IMG/VR virus record: IMGVR_UViG_3300040971_000038
Coordinates: 1 to 29,149 of that record
Direction: 5' to 3' (one strand)
DNA length: 29,149 bases
DNA from: a virus
Taxonomy: Duplodnaviria > Caudoviricetes
The position numbers and the translations under genes were made by a program. Position 1 is the stretch's first letter. Each line of letters starts with the position of its first letter. The notes under the pieces are model-generated. The model worked only from the letters and a program-made list of their open reading frames with translations, did not search any database and was not told where the DNA came from. Below are positions 17,889 through 26,053 of the stretch, piece by piece.

Positions 17889-18816
17889 CCGTGGACCCTT
17901 CTATGGCCTCAACGTCTATGGCTGGGGTAAACCCCATAACAGAAGCGTCTACCCCGCGCAACGCATCGTCTTCGTTCACTTCCTCTGTGTCCTCAAAGTC
18001 GTTGTCCATAGTATTCGCCATATTGGGGTCTACTGTGGCTGGGGCGTACATAGTTCTCAGACGGCGTTCAAGCAACCACTTCGCGTGTTCCGGGTTGATC
18101 TTGCCGGTCTTGAATTCCATGTTCTCTTCTACGATTTCGCCCATAACTTTCTTGGTCTTAATCGACACGGTGGGGTCTAGGCCGAAGGCGGCACGTTGGA
18201 TGATATCCAAGTACGTCATTTCAAAGCGGGTCCGGGCGATCTCGATTCCACGGGACAGGTAATACTTCAAACCTGATTGTCGGGCCGCGCCTTCCCGACG
18301 CCAATCAAAGATTCGTTTGTAATCCAGGCCCAGGTAACGACAAATGGAGGCTAGGCTCATTCCGCGCTCTACCCCGTAGCATATCGCCTGAATCAACGGA
18401 GGGCTTATGGAGGGGTGTGACGCTTTCAGGAAATCCCCGTCCAACATCGGCGGGTTTTTCCAAAGCTCCGGAACGTCCGTGATTATCTTCGGCGTAGGCG
18501 TTCCCAGATAGGATTGTATTTCCGCCAGACGGTTGGGCATGTCTCGCGGAAACATCTCATCTATACCTACCCCGTTCACGCGACGGTACATTTCATCCAT
18601 TTCTTGCTTTTTCTCTGAGTTCTTGGAAGCCTTATTCTTTTGGATCTTTTCGGCAAAGCGGTCCCTGTTCGTTGGACGGCCACGCCCCTTCTTTGGTTTC
18701 TGGTCGGGCGGCGTAGCAGGAGGCAAGGACCGCCTGGGCTTTGCTGTCGGCTCAAATAACCGGGTAGGGGCCGCGTTTCGTGTCGCAGTCTTTGTAGGCA
18801 ATACTGTTCTGGGCAT
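17878..18816 (-). CDS. terS: Terminase small subunit (putative, 312 aa)
   Basis: Upstream of and overlapping terL; HTH-like GMSLASICRYLGLDYKRIFDW and AKWLLERR motif; start moved to ATG 18816 (RBS GGAGG). Confidence 0.75.
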   Translation of the reverse strand: MPRTVLPTKTATRNAAPTRLFEPTAKPRRSLPPATPPDQKPKKGRGRPTNRDRFAEKIQKNKASKNSEKKQEMDEMYRRVNGVGIDEMFPRDMPNRLAEIQSYLGTPTPKIITDVPELWKNPPMLDGDFLKASHPSISPPLIQAICYGVERGMSLASICRYLGLDYKRIFDWRREGAARQSGLKYYLSRGIEIARTRFEMTYLDIIQRAAFGLDPTVSIKTKKVMGEIVEENMEFKTGKINPEHAKWLLERRLRTMYAPATVDPNMANTMDNDFEDTEEVNEDDALRGVDASVMGFTPAIDVEAIEGSTDAE

Positions 18817-18835
18817 AATTATCCTCCGTTTCATC

Positions 18836-18865
18836 ATTATACCGCGAAGGGTCAACAAAAGTCTA
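18836..18865 (-). promoter_or_regulatory. Putative sigma70 promoter for terS/terL
   Basis: TAGACT-18 bp-TATAAT, just upstream of the terS RBS. Confidence 0.45.
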
Positions 18866-18929
18866 TCCGATCAAAAACCAATAGAAATTATCCGCGTCTT
18901 GTAGTATATTTCAAACAGGAGGAATACCT

Positions 18930-19379
18930 ATGACAACAAGACGGCTTCACACGATTCTTAACTTTATCGAAGAGGCAATGAACGTAACCCTTCAGCACGC
19001 AAGTTCCGCCAACCGGGGCAAGATCGCTAAATCTCAAATCCGGGTAGTGAATTGGTTGGAGTCTGCTAGGGAAGAGGTAAGGAAGTATCACGGCAATGTT
19101 CAAAGCCTTCTGCCTGACCCGTATTTCCCGAAGGCCCCGAAGACCGAAACAACAATCATAAACGCCGCATTGGCCCTGGCCGAAGACGTAAATTTTTTGA
19201 TGCGGACGAAACAAATGATGTTTTCTAAAGGTATGCGGAGTGCCTGGGGAAGACTGCTCACAGCGCTGATAGACTTGCTTTCCCACTATGACGCGGAATG
19301 GGCCGACGAAGCCGGGCAAACCTCCGGATTGGTACTAGCCCGCAGAACGTGGAACGCAGCGAACAGGCGGCGCGTATAA
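18930..19379 (+). CDS. Hypothetical protein
   Basis: 149 aa and helical; RBS AGGAGG. Confidence 0.8.
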   Translation: MTTRRLHTILNFIEEAMNVTLQHASSANRGKIAKSQIRVVNWLESAREEVRKYHGNVQSLLPDPYFPKAPKTETTIINAALALAEDVNFLMRTKQMMFSKGMRSAWGRLLTALIDLLSHYDAEWADEAGQTSGLVLARRTWNAANRRRV

Positions 19380-19570
19380 TGGCTTGGGGAACTTTTACAT
19401 TATTTGATCGCAGGGGGCGGGTCGTGGAGGTCCACGTGGCCCCCTGTAACGGGGAAGGTACGATGTATGCCGGACACGTGTTGTCCGGCTTTTGTGAGTG
19501 TTGTCCGGAAATAGACGAAGCAACCAAACATCAAGAAGTGTATGTCTACCTACACCACCAACTACACTAA
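19379..19570 (+). CDS. Small His/Cys-rich putative metal-binding protein
   Basis: TAATG coupling; VHVAP...GHVLSGFCECCP...YLHH. Confidence 0.7.
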   Translation: MAWGTFTLFDRRGRVVEVHVAPCNGEGTMYAGHVLSGFCECCPEIDEATKHQEVYVYLHHQLH

Positions 19571-19580
19571 AGGAACGCTC

Positions 19581-19787
19581 ATGATGGACTACGTTTACTC
19601 TCTCTTGATGGTTTACTTCTTGTTGTGCCTCTACGCTTTTCTCACGGAACTTCCCAAAAAGCGTAGCTCTTGGACTTTCATATTTTTGTTTTCAATCACT
19701 TTTCCGGTGTTGCTAATCACGCATCTTTGCTCAGAATGGAGGACGCGGCGCAGGAGGAAAAAGGAGGAATGTGAAGATGATTTCTAG
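19581..19787 (+). CDS. Small membrane protein (two TM segments, basic tail)
   Basis: Two hydrophobic stretches followed by RRRRKK; RBS AAGGA. Confidence 0.65.
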   Translation: MMDYVYSLLMVYFLLCLYAFLTELPKKRSSWTFIFLFSITFPVLLITHLCSEWRTRRRRKKEECEDDF

Positions 19788-19866
19788 TCGTTTTGTAGCA
19801 CTACTGGCTTTGGCTTTATGCGCTATCGTAGGCGGGTTTTGGTTCCGCGCCTATTTATGTATGTAG
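19777..19866 (+). CDS. 29-aa single-TM peptide; not in the ORF track
   Basis: MISSRFVALLALALCAIVGGFWFRAYLCM; AGGAGG 9 nt upstream; fills the gap in the operon. Confidence 0.55.
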   Translation: MISSRFVALLALALCAIVGGFWFRAYLCM

Positions 19867-19875
19867 GGGGCTTGT

Positions 19876-20145
19876 ATGATAAAGTACCATCGGGAGTTTA
19901 TGGGCCATAAGCTCTTCATAAACGATGCCTGTGACCATTATGAAAGCGTTCCCGTCCGGACGCATCGGAAGAAACGCCTACGCAAGAAGTTCTTGAAAAA
20001 GTACGGGTGGCGAGAAACTTTGGTTTCAGATATGCTGATGACGAAAGACGGAAATATCATTATAGGTCCCAAGGCCCTTCAAAAACTTTTGGAAGAGGTT
20101 GAAAGGCATACTCTTCCGGGGAGAGTTAGCGTATGTGGATCATAG
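19876..20145 (+). CDS. Hypothetical protein
   Basis: 89 aa; basic RTHRKKRLRKKFLKKYG motif. Confidence 0.7.
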   Translation: MIKYHREFMGHKLFINDACDHYESVPVRTHRKKRLRKKFLKKYGWRETLVSDMLMTKDGNIIIGPKALQKLLEEVERHTLPGRVSVCGS

Positions 20146-20408
20146 ACATAGACCATATCAAAGACCAGTACAGCAACCGGGAAGGCCGCGCCAGTCGGGA
20201 TTACGAGGAAGGGGTGTTTTCGACCCTAGAAACAATCAAATGGCGCGTTAAAGACGATGACGGGGACATCTACTACGAAGGCCGAATGACGAAAGAACGC
20301 CTTCACGATTCTGAGGACCGGGCTTTTGGTCCCTTAGATTTCGCTATGGCTGACGCCGGGGCTACCACTATGGAATACTTTGAAAACGGAGAATGGGAGC
20401 AGCTATGA
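20133..20408 (+). CDS. Hypothetical phage protein
   Basis: 91 aa and acidic; WRVKDDDGDIYYEG...FGPLDF...GAT motif. Confidence 0.75.
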   Translation: MWIIDIDHIKDQYSNREGRASRDYEEGVFSTLETIKWRVKDDDGDIYYEGRMTKERLHDSEDRAFGPLDFAMADAGATTMEYFENGEWEQL

Positions 20409-20914
20409 GAAAGCGCCCTTTGCGATCCCCCGGACTTTCTGAGGAAGAATACTGGCGTTGGTTGGGCGCTTGTGCCTTTAAACAAAACATAGACATAGAA
20501 GAATATGAGGGGCCTATTTCCGCCCAACAACGTGATTGGTTCTATGCCGGAAAACGAGAAGAGATGATTTTAAAAGACATCGAAGACGATGACGACTGGG
20601 GGCCGTCTATTCAAGGGGAAACGCCCACGCACGTCATTGTAGATGAAATAGGGGTGCCTGAAAAAGAAGAACCGAAGCTCAAGGTGGTACCTCTTCAAGA
20701 AAGTAACTACCGGGACATTTCAACCACCCTGCGGCTCATAGCCGATCAAATTGATTCAGGGGAATACGGAAACGTCAATGATTGCGCCCTGGTCCTTCAA
20801 GGCGCTACCCTCGATATTTTTCATATGGGGGCCGGAAACGTAGAAACCGCGCACTTGTTGTTTGCGTGCGCACAACGTAAATTGGAATTGGCCGTAATAG
20901 AACATTACGAATAG
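20405..20914 (+). CDS. Hypothetical protein
   Basis: ATGA coupling; C-terminal LRLIADQIDSGEYG domain. Confidence 0.75.
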   Translation: MRKRPLRSPGLSEEEYWRWLGACAFKQNIDIEEYEGPISAQQRDWFYAGKREEMILKDIEDDDDWGPSIQGETPTHVIVDEIGVPEKEEPKLKVVPLQESNYRDISTTLRLIADQIDSGEYGNVNDCALVLQGATLDIFHMGAGNVETAHLLFACAQRKLELAVIEHYE

Positions 20915-20924
20915 GGGCGCACTT

Positions 20925-21254
20925 ATGAAAACAAAACTCTTGATTCTGGTACTTCTTTTCATCGCCGCTACCGCGCACGCTGACGGAACCTTCCTTGAAG
21001 AATACTTCGTCACCGGGGTCAACCTGGATACCAATGAGCGCGTAGTGGGTTGGGTTGACGGCATTCTAGGCGAATCAGAAGTACAGGGCCACGTTCTTGA
21101 TAGGGGCCATCATTACGCGGTTGTAGGCGTAGCAAACGGAATGGGCTCATTTGAACTCCGGTCTATGTGCTGTACATATGACGTGGTTGTAGCCGATGAA
21201 ATCAAGGAAGACAAAATCCATAACCGTAAGCAATGGGAAGGTTCTTGGGAATGA
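20925..21254 (+). CDS. Secreted/periplasmic hypothetical protein
   Basis: Classical signal peptide MKTKLLILVLLFIAATAHA|D. Confidence 0.75.
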   Translation: MKTKLLILVLLFIAATAHADGTFLEEYFVTGVNLDTNERVVGWVDGILGESEVQGHVLDRGHHYAVVGVANGMGSFELRSMCCTYDVVVADEIKEDKIHNRKQWEGSWE

Positions 21255-21592
21255 GTAAAGACAAAGCCTTTGCCGCCATCTTTGGCGATCTTCCATTTGT
21301 TCCTTGCGAGCAGGAAACATACAAGTATGTACGGCGCTACAATACCACCTTACGCGATGATTGCGATTACCCTTTTGGCCCCGTACCTTGTACCGCGTTA
21401 GACCCTAAAGGCCCGTTGGTATCTTATGAAGACTACCAAAAACAGGAACAGGAAAACGCAGACCTTAAACAAGAAAACTATGAACTACGCGAAGCCGCCA
21501 CGCACATCGCCCTAGAATGGAGCAAGGCGCGTAAGTGTTACCTTGAAGAAATCTACTACCTAGCGGACAAACTAGCCCCAGGGGGCAAGTAA
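21251..21592 (+). CDS. Hypothetical protein with a coiled-coil C-terminus
   Basis: ATGA coupling; GPLVSYEDY followed by a heptad-like segment. Confidence 0.7.
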   Translation: MSKDKAFAAIFGDLPFVPCEQETYKYVRRYNTTLRDDCDYPFGPVPCTALDPKGPLVSYEDYQKQEQENADLKQENYELREAATHIALEWSKARKCYLEEIYYLADKLAPGGK

Positions 21593-21879
21593 TGGGAAAC
21601 ATAAACTACTATCAAAAAGGCTGGGAAGCCTTTGAAAGCGGAATGGTTGAAAACGACTATGACGAAATATTGACCAAGGCACAACGCCGCGAATGGCGTG
21701 ACGGATATAATGACGCCAAGCGCGAAGAACAGAATCAAGCAGAAGAAGACGCTTGGAATGAATTCGCTGCTAAATGCCCTTGGTACTATAAGGGTTTGTG
21801 TAGGGCTTTAACGCGTGATGACGAGGTATGCGCCAAACATAATTGCGCCCCATTATACTTCAAGGAACATAACCCCTAA
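21592..21879 (+). CDS. Hypothetical protein with a Cys-rich C-terminus
   Basis: TAATG coupling; YQKGWEAF...EWRDGY; C..C..C..C tail. Confidence 0.75.
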   Translation: MGNINYYQKGWEAFESGMVENDYDEILTKAQRREWRDGYNDAKREEQNQAEEDAWNEFAAKCPWYYKGLCRALTRDDEVCAKHNCAPLYFKEHNP

Positions 21880-21946
21880 ATCAAATCATTACCACCCCCG
21901 CGCAATTCTATTCTCAATCTTGCCCCGTTTTACCCCTCCCCCGCTT

Positions 21947-21987
21947 AAATGGCCTAGTTACCAAATGCTAGGCCATTTCCTTTTCTT
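21947..21987 (+). terminator. Intrinsic terminator of the plus-strand operon
   Basis: AAATGGCCTAG-10 nt-CTAGGCCATTT followed by CCTTTTCTT. Confidence 0.65.
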
Positions 21988-22821
21988 CCGTACCATAAAG
22001 AAATATCCCCTAAAAAATACCCACTTTATCTGGGCCCGCATTTAACAACTCAAATCATAGGAAAATATCGTTAAAAAGTAAAAAAGCAGTTACCATAACA
22101 AGTCCCAAAAGAAACTCTGCTTTTACCGCGTACGGAGTGCGGGAAAGTAGGCCATTTATTATGTGCTCCTGGAATACGGAAATCATACCATTATTCCGAA
22201 ACAGCTACCCTACCCAAAATATATCCCATTATCTGCCTATTTTCGCCCCCGCCGCCTATTAACCAGGGGGGGGGGTATTTATTTTCGCCTACCTACCCAC
22301 ACCTGCCCAAGTAGCATTATTCTATACCCGTTTTATTGACTCGGAGTCGTGAGGTGGGGGTCCCGCCCGGTGGGGGCCAGGCCACGTTGGTGTGTGGGGT
22401 GGGGGTGTGGGGCCTGCCAATGGAACCTGGTGGGGGCGGCGTGCTAGCGGATGATTTGGGGTACGGTATGGCCGATGGAGGCGTGACGGGAAACGGCAAA
22501 TATGATGGAAAAGTGGTAGGCGGATTTTCCCCGAAGCGGTCCGGGCGGAATCGGACCGGGGGTGGGATGGCCCCGCCACCCCTACTTCCAGACCCCCCCG
22601 CTTTGACCCCCGCTTCCTTCCCCAACCCGCTTCCTTCCGCTTCCTTCCTCTTTGGCTTCCTCTGGGCGCTTCCTTTCTTCCTTCCCTACGTCTGACCCGT
22701 TTTGCCCTCCACCACTTTCTGATACACATTCCTATTATGGGAAAGGCACAGACCGGACCTTCAGGCAGGCCTACATGATAGCCGTTCTAATCATAACCAT
22801 TCCTATTATGGTTACGGCCAC

Positions 22822-22857
22822 AAAAAAGAAGGGGTGCCCGTATGCCGGACCCCCTTC
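22822..22857 (-). terminator. Intrinsic terminator of the minus-strand early cluster
   Basis: GAAGGGG...CCCCTTC stem followed by TTTTTT on the minus strand. Confidence 0.7.
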
Positions 22858-22883
22858 AGGAAATAAGCTTTTTGCTTTGGTTA

Positions 22884-22964
22884 CTAGCGCATGGCGTAAA
22901 GCGCCAGAATGGTGAACGTATTAACAGAGATGAAGACCAAGCGGGTGAATCGGTGGATAGTCAT
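22884..22964 (-). CDS. 26-aa hydrophobic peptide
   Basis: MTIHRFTRLVFISVNTFTILALYAMR; CAAGGAG RBS like its neighbours. Confidence 0.5.
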   Translation of the reverse strand: MTIHRFTRLVFISVNTFTILALYAMR

Positions 22965-22995
22965 AGTTGCGTTGCTCCTTGGGTGGTTTATGGTG

Positions 22996-23448
22996 CTAAT
23001 ATACGGTGAGACCCGAAATGGTATTGTAGCAAGCGTCATACTCTGCATGACCCGCTTCCGCATCACGCGAGATGTAAGCCTCTGCGCCTACGTCCGGACC
23101 TACTTCACGGACCTTTTCCTTGGCATACCGGATGGCGTCTGCCTTCTTTGCGAAGTCCGTGCGGACCAATACGGGGTCCATGTATGCGTTATTTTCTGAA
23201 TCCCAGAGACGAATGACGACTTTATAAAGGCGCAGGGCCTTCTTTACTTTTACGGTGGGAGCGGTGAAATAGTCTGCCACTATGTTGGCGTCCATCTGCG
23301 AGAGGTAAGGATATTGGGCCAATTTCAGCGTAACTGCGAAGCAGAGGGCCTTCCTTACGTCTTTGTGGAAGTCCTTGGACGTATTTGGGACGTTGGAGAG
23401 TGCCAGGGCCGCATTTATTATGGAGGAAGTCCGGAAGTTGGCGTTCAT
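22996..23448 (-). CDS. Early-type hypothetical protein
   Basis: 150 aa; RBS CAAGGAG. Confidence 0.8.
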   Translation of the reverse strand: MNANFRTSSIINAALALSNVPNTSKDFHKDVRKALCFAVTLKLAQYPYLSQMDANIVADYFTAPTVKVKKALRLYKVVIRLWDSENNAYMDPVLVRTDFAKKADAIRYAKEKVREVGPDVGAEAYISRDAEAGHAEYDACYNTISGLTVY

Positions 23449-23474
23449 TTGTGTTACTCCTTGTGTGTAGTATG

Positions 23475-23867
23475 TTAAATGTAAACTACGGTATAGGCGT
23501 TGGATACCATTCTATAGGCAAAAAGGACGTTTTTGCCGGGTCGGAAGTAGAAGGACCCGATGTCGGACCCGTTTGACCCGCCATCGAGGTGCTGCCACCG
23601 AAGTCCTATTTGCACCGGAAATTCATCGTAGCCATCCGGAGTATCACCGATTGTGCCCCGCAGTCGGACTTCCGAAAATACGCTGTTAAAAGGCGCACTA
23701 AGTGGCAGCGGTGTGGAAGTAAATTCACGAATTACACGCGTATTTTTGGGCCATTCTTTAAGCTCAAATCCGATGGTGTGGCCGTGAAGGGTATCGGGTC
23801 CGAAGTCCGCACCGAGTGCGTAGGGAAGGATTTGCTTCAAAATTGCGATTTGGGTCTGTGCGTCCAT
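23475..23867 (-). CDS. Early-type hypothetical protein
   Basis: Start MDAQTQ with RBS CAAGGAG; LRWQHLDGGSNGSDIG motif. Confidence 0.8.
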   Translation of the reverse strand: MDAQTQIAILKQILPYALGADFGPDTLHGHTIGFELKEWPKNTRVIREFTSTPLPLSAPFNSVFSEVRLRGTIGDTPDGYDEFPVQIGLRWQHLDGGSNGSDIGSFYFRPGKNVLFAYRMVSNAYTVVYI

Positions 23868-23893
23868 TTTTTTTCTCCTTGAGTTTGTGTAAG

Positions 23894-24172
23894 TTATACA
23901 GCGCGATATGTGGCGTGAAGGTCCCAAATATGGTTGGTTTCTTCCTCTTCAAGCGTGATTTGCCAATCCGGGTCCGTGACTTCCGTTTGCGTCCCATCGG
24001 CATCGGTGCGGCGCAAATACCCGGTCTCACCAAGAAAGTGTGCGGTGCGCTTCCGGATGGTATAAAGGACCATCCCTGCAGCGTCTGTGATTCCGAAAAG
24101 CGTGAAGCGGAAGCGTCCGTTTGACGTTTCGTAGGTATGCAGGATGGTGATGGTGCTGGCGTCTATTTCCAT
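23894..24172 (-). CDS. Early-type hypothetical protein
   Basis: Start MEIDAS with RBS CAAGGAG. Confidence 0.75.
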   Translation of the reverse strand: MEIDASTITILHTYETSNGRFRFTLFGITDAAGMVLYTIRKRTAHFLGETGYLRRTDADGTQTEVTDPDWQITLEEEETNHIWDLHATYRAV

Positions 24173-24219
24173 GATTTTTCTCCTTGGTAGGGGTCCGGGC
24201 CTTCCGGACCCCCTGTGCG

Positions 24220-24825
24220 TTATTCGTTGATTTGGCCTGCTTCGCGCAGAGCGTCTACGCATTCCATCAATCGGAAGCGGTGGCCGTCATGCTCCTTGCC
24301 CGCTTCCGGAAGGGCCTTCAAAAACTCTGTGAGGTCCGTCACGTAATTCTGAAGTGCTTCTAGGTCCTGGCGGTATCTGGCGCGGTGAAGGGCCTTTTCT
24401 GCCTCTGCCGCTTCATGGGCCTTTGCCGCTTCATCGTCTTCCTTCTTGAGCTCTGCCTGAATTGCCGCTTCCTCTGCTTGAATCCGGGCCTCCACCCCTG
24501 CGATGAATTTTTTGGCTTCCGCAATTTCATAAAGAAGGGATTCACAGAGGCATTCAAAGTCGATGCGCTTGACGGACTTCGCGTCATGGGCCATGGCACT
24601 CAATTTGTCTGTATGGTAGAAGTTCAAGGACCCGTATGCGAGAAGGGCACCGGACTTTACGTGGCCCGCATCCACCAATTCTCTGATACGGTCATCGGTG
24701 GCTCTGCGGCGTGCTTTGAGGCCCCAGCGGTTGGTCTGATGAAAAAGGGCCTTTTCCTTATACGTCCAGCTGGAGTAGGTCCGTGTGGCTTCCTGGGTGA
24801 TGTACTCGTACCTGCTTAGATTCAT
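24220..24825 (-). CDS. Early-type hypothetical protein with a coiled-coil C-terminus
   Basis: Start MNLSRY with RBS CAAGGAG. Confidence 0.8.
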   Translation of the reverse strand: MNLSRYEYITQEATRTYSSWTYKEKALFHQTNRWGLKARRRATDDRIRELVDAGHVKSGALLAYGSLNFYHTDKLSAMAHDAKSVKRIDFECLCESLLYEIAEAKKFIAGVEARIQAEEAAIQAELKKEDDEAAKAHEAAEAEKALHRARYRQDLEALQNYVTDLTEFLKALPEAGKEHDGHRFRLMECVDALREAGQINE

Positions 24826-24878
24826 GGTTTGCTCCTTGGCCCTTCCGGACCCGGTGTGGATGTGGTGTAGATGCCTTT

Positions 24879-24907
24879 TTTCTACGGACTTTCCACACAA
24901 ACGTCAA
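24879..24907 (-). promoter_or_regulatory. Candidate promoter for the 22884-24825 cluster
   Basis: TTGACG-17 bp-TAGAAA (imperfect -10); the spacer contains GGAAAGTCCG. Confidence 0.35.
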
Positions 24908-24948
24908 GTGTTCTATACCTAATTAGGCCAAGAAGACCAAAATATTTG

Positions 24949-24987
24949 TATGATATTTTTCTATGCTTATGATAGAAAAATATCATA
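24949..24987. repeat. Perfect 16-bp inverted repeat with a 7-nt spacer
   Basis: TATGATATTTTTCTAT-GCTTATG-ATAGAAAAATATCATA. Confidence 0.9.
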
Positions 24988-25303
24988 GACTTTTTGGAAA
25001 AAAGTGGATATTTGCGCTTGACTTCTATCATGAAACGCGCTCGCCAACAGAAATGGCCAAATCCGCAAATACCTCCACCCAGGCATATCATAGCCCTTGA
25101 AACGCGCTAGAACCACTTTATATGATGCCACTTTCTAGGCACGGATTTGCACTTTTCCTTGATTTTGTGCTTTTTTGAACTATTTTGATTTCAAGAAAAA
25201 GTCACCAGAAAAGCACAGATAGATGGCAAATATGCGGTGTGTGAATTTGCCTTCTCTGCGCCTTCCGGATAACTAAAAAAAGAAAAAATAAAAAAACGCA
25301 ATC

Positions 25304-25423
25304 AGACCAGGAAGGTCCGGATTGCGCCAAAGTAGACCAAAGGGGTCCGAATGAAAAAAGTAGACTAGGAAAGTCCGGATTGACCCGGACCCGCAGCAAG
25401 TAGACTAGGAAAGTCCGGATTGA
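25304..25423 (+). repeat. Four degenerate direct repeats (iteron-like)
   Basis: AGACCAGGAAGGTCCGGATTG; AGACCAAAGGGGTCCGAATG; two exact copies of AAGTAGACTAGGAAAGTCCGGATTGA. Confidence 0.85.
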
Positions 25424-25465
25424 TCGGAACTGACAGCGCCTTTTTGGCGCTGCAGCGTGCTGTCA

Positions 25466-25612
25466 GGACCCGGACCCCTTACCAGGACCCGGACCCGGAC
25501 CTGATTCATGCTGGCAGCGCCTTTTCAGGCCTGACAGGACCCCCGGACCCGGACCCGGACCTGACAGGACCCGATTCATGCTGGCAGGACCCCTGGGCCC
25601 GGACCCGGAAGG
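25466..25612 (+). repeat. (GGACCC)n tandem arrays with a duplicated GATTCATGCTGGCAG
   Basis: Several GGACCCGGACCCGGACC runs; the 15-mer at ~25503 and ~25573. Confidence 0.85.
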
Positions 25613-25658
25613 CGCAAGGGGTCCGGAAGGCCACAAACACTGGAGGTATGAGAAGATG

Positions 25659-25721
25659 CGCAGGGAAGGCCACATTCACCACCAAACGTACCCAGACCGC
25701 AGGGAAGGCCACATTCACCAC
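25659..25721 (+). repeat. 24-bp direct repeat pair
   Basis: CGCAGGGAAGGCCACATTCACCAC at 25659 and 25698. Confidence 0.9.
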
Positions 25722-25989
25722 AGACCCGCAGGCATCCAGACCACGGCAGTCGGAAATGCCAGCAGGGCCATCACCGGACCATAAAAGCGCCATTTTTCCC
25801 CACAATTTGCATCGTCGCCACAAATCCCTATAGGCCACCGACAGCACCAAGGAGCGCAACACGCACGAAAGGCGCTACAACCAGGGCCAGGACCCCCGCT
25901 TCATTCCAAATCATTTCCACTGCCCTAGCACGCAAACCTTCCGGGCCACCTTCCGGACACCCAGCACCCCTACGCCACCGCAAACGGCC

Positions 25990-26025
25990 AAAACAAAAGG
26001 GGCAGGACTTTTTGTCCCACCCCTT
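25990..26025 (-). terminator. Intrinsic terminator (possibly bidirectional)
   Basis: AAGGGGTGGGAC-AAAAA-GTCCTGCCCCTT then TTGTTTT, downstream of the stop at 26054. Confidence 0.7.
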
Positions 26026-26053
26026 CTTTGCCGCGCCATAGTATTGGGCCGCA

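Noticed and set aside
22317-22729. Overlapping 100-135 aa ORFs on both strands
   Set aside because: Low-complexity Gly/Pro products of G/C tracts, with no RBS
25136-25152. Sigma54-like site AGGCACGGATTTGCA
   Set aside because: GG-to-GC spacing is 9 nt, not the required 10
25300-25721. Possible mini-CRISPR array
   Set aside because: Each repeat has only two exact copies, spacers are 14-15 nt, the repeat families differ and no cas genes are present
25420-25862. ORFs with PDPD/GPGP repeats
   Set aside because: Explained by (GGACCC)n DNA repeats; no convincing starts
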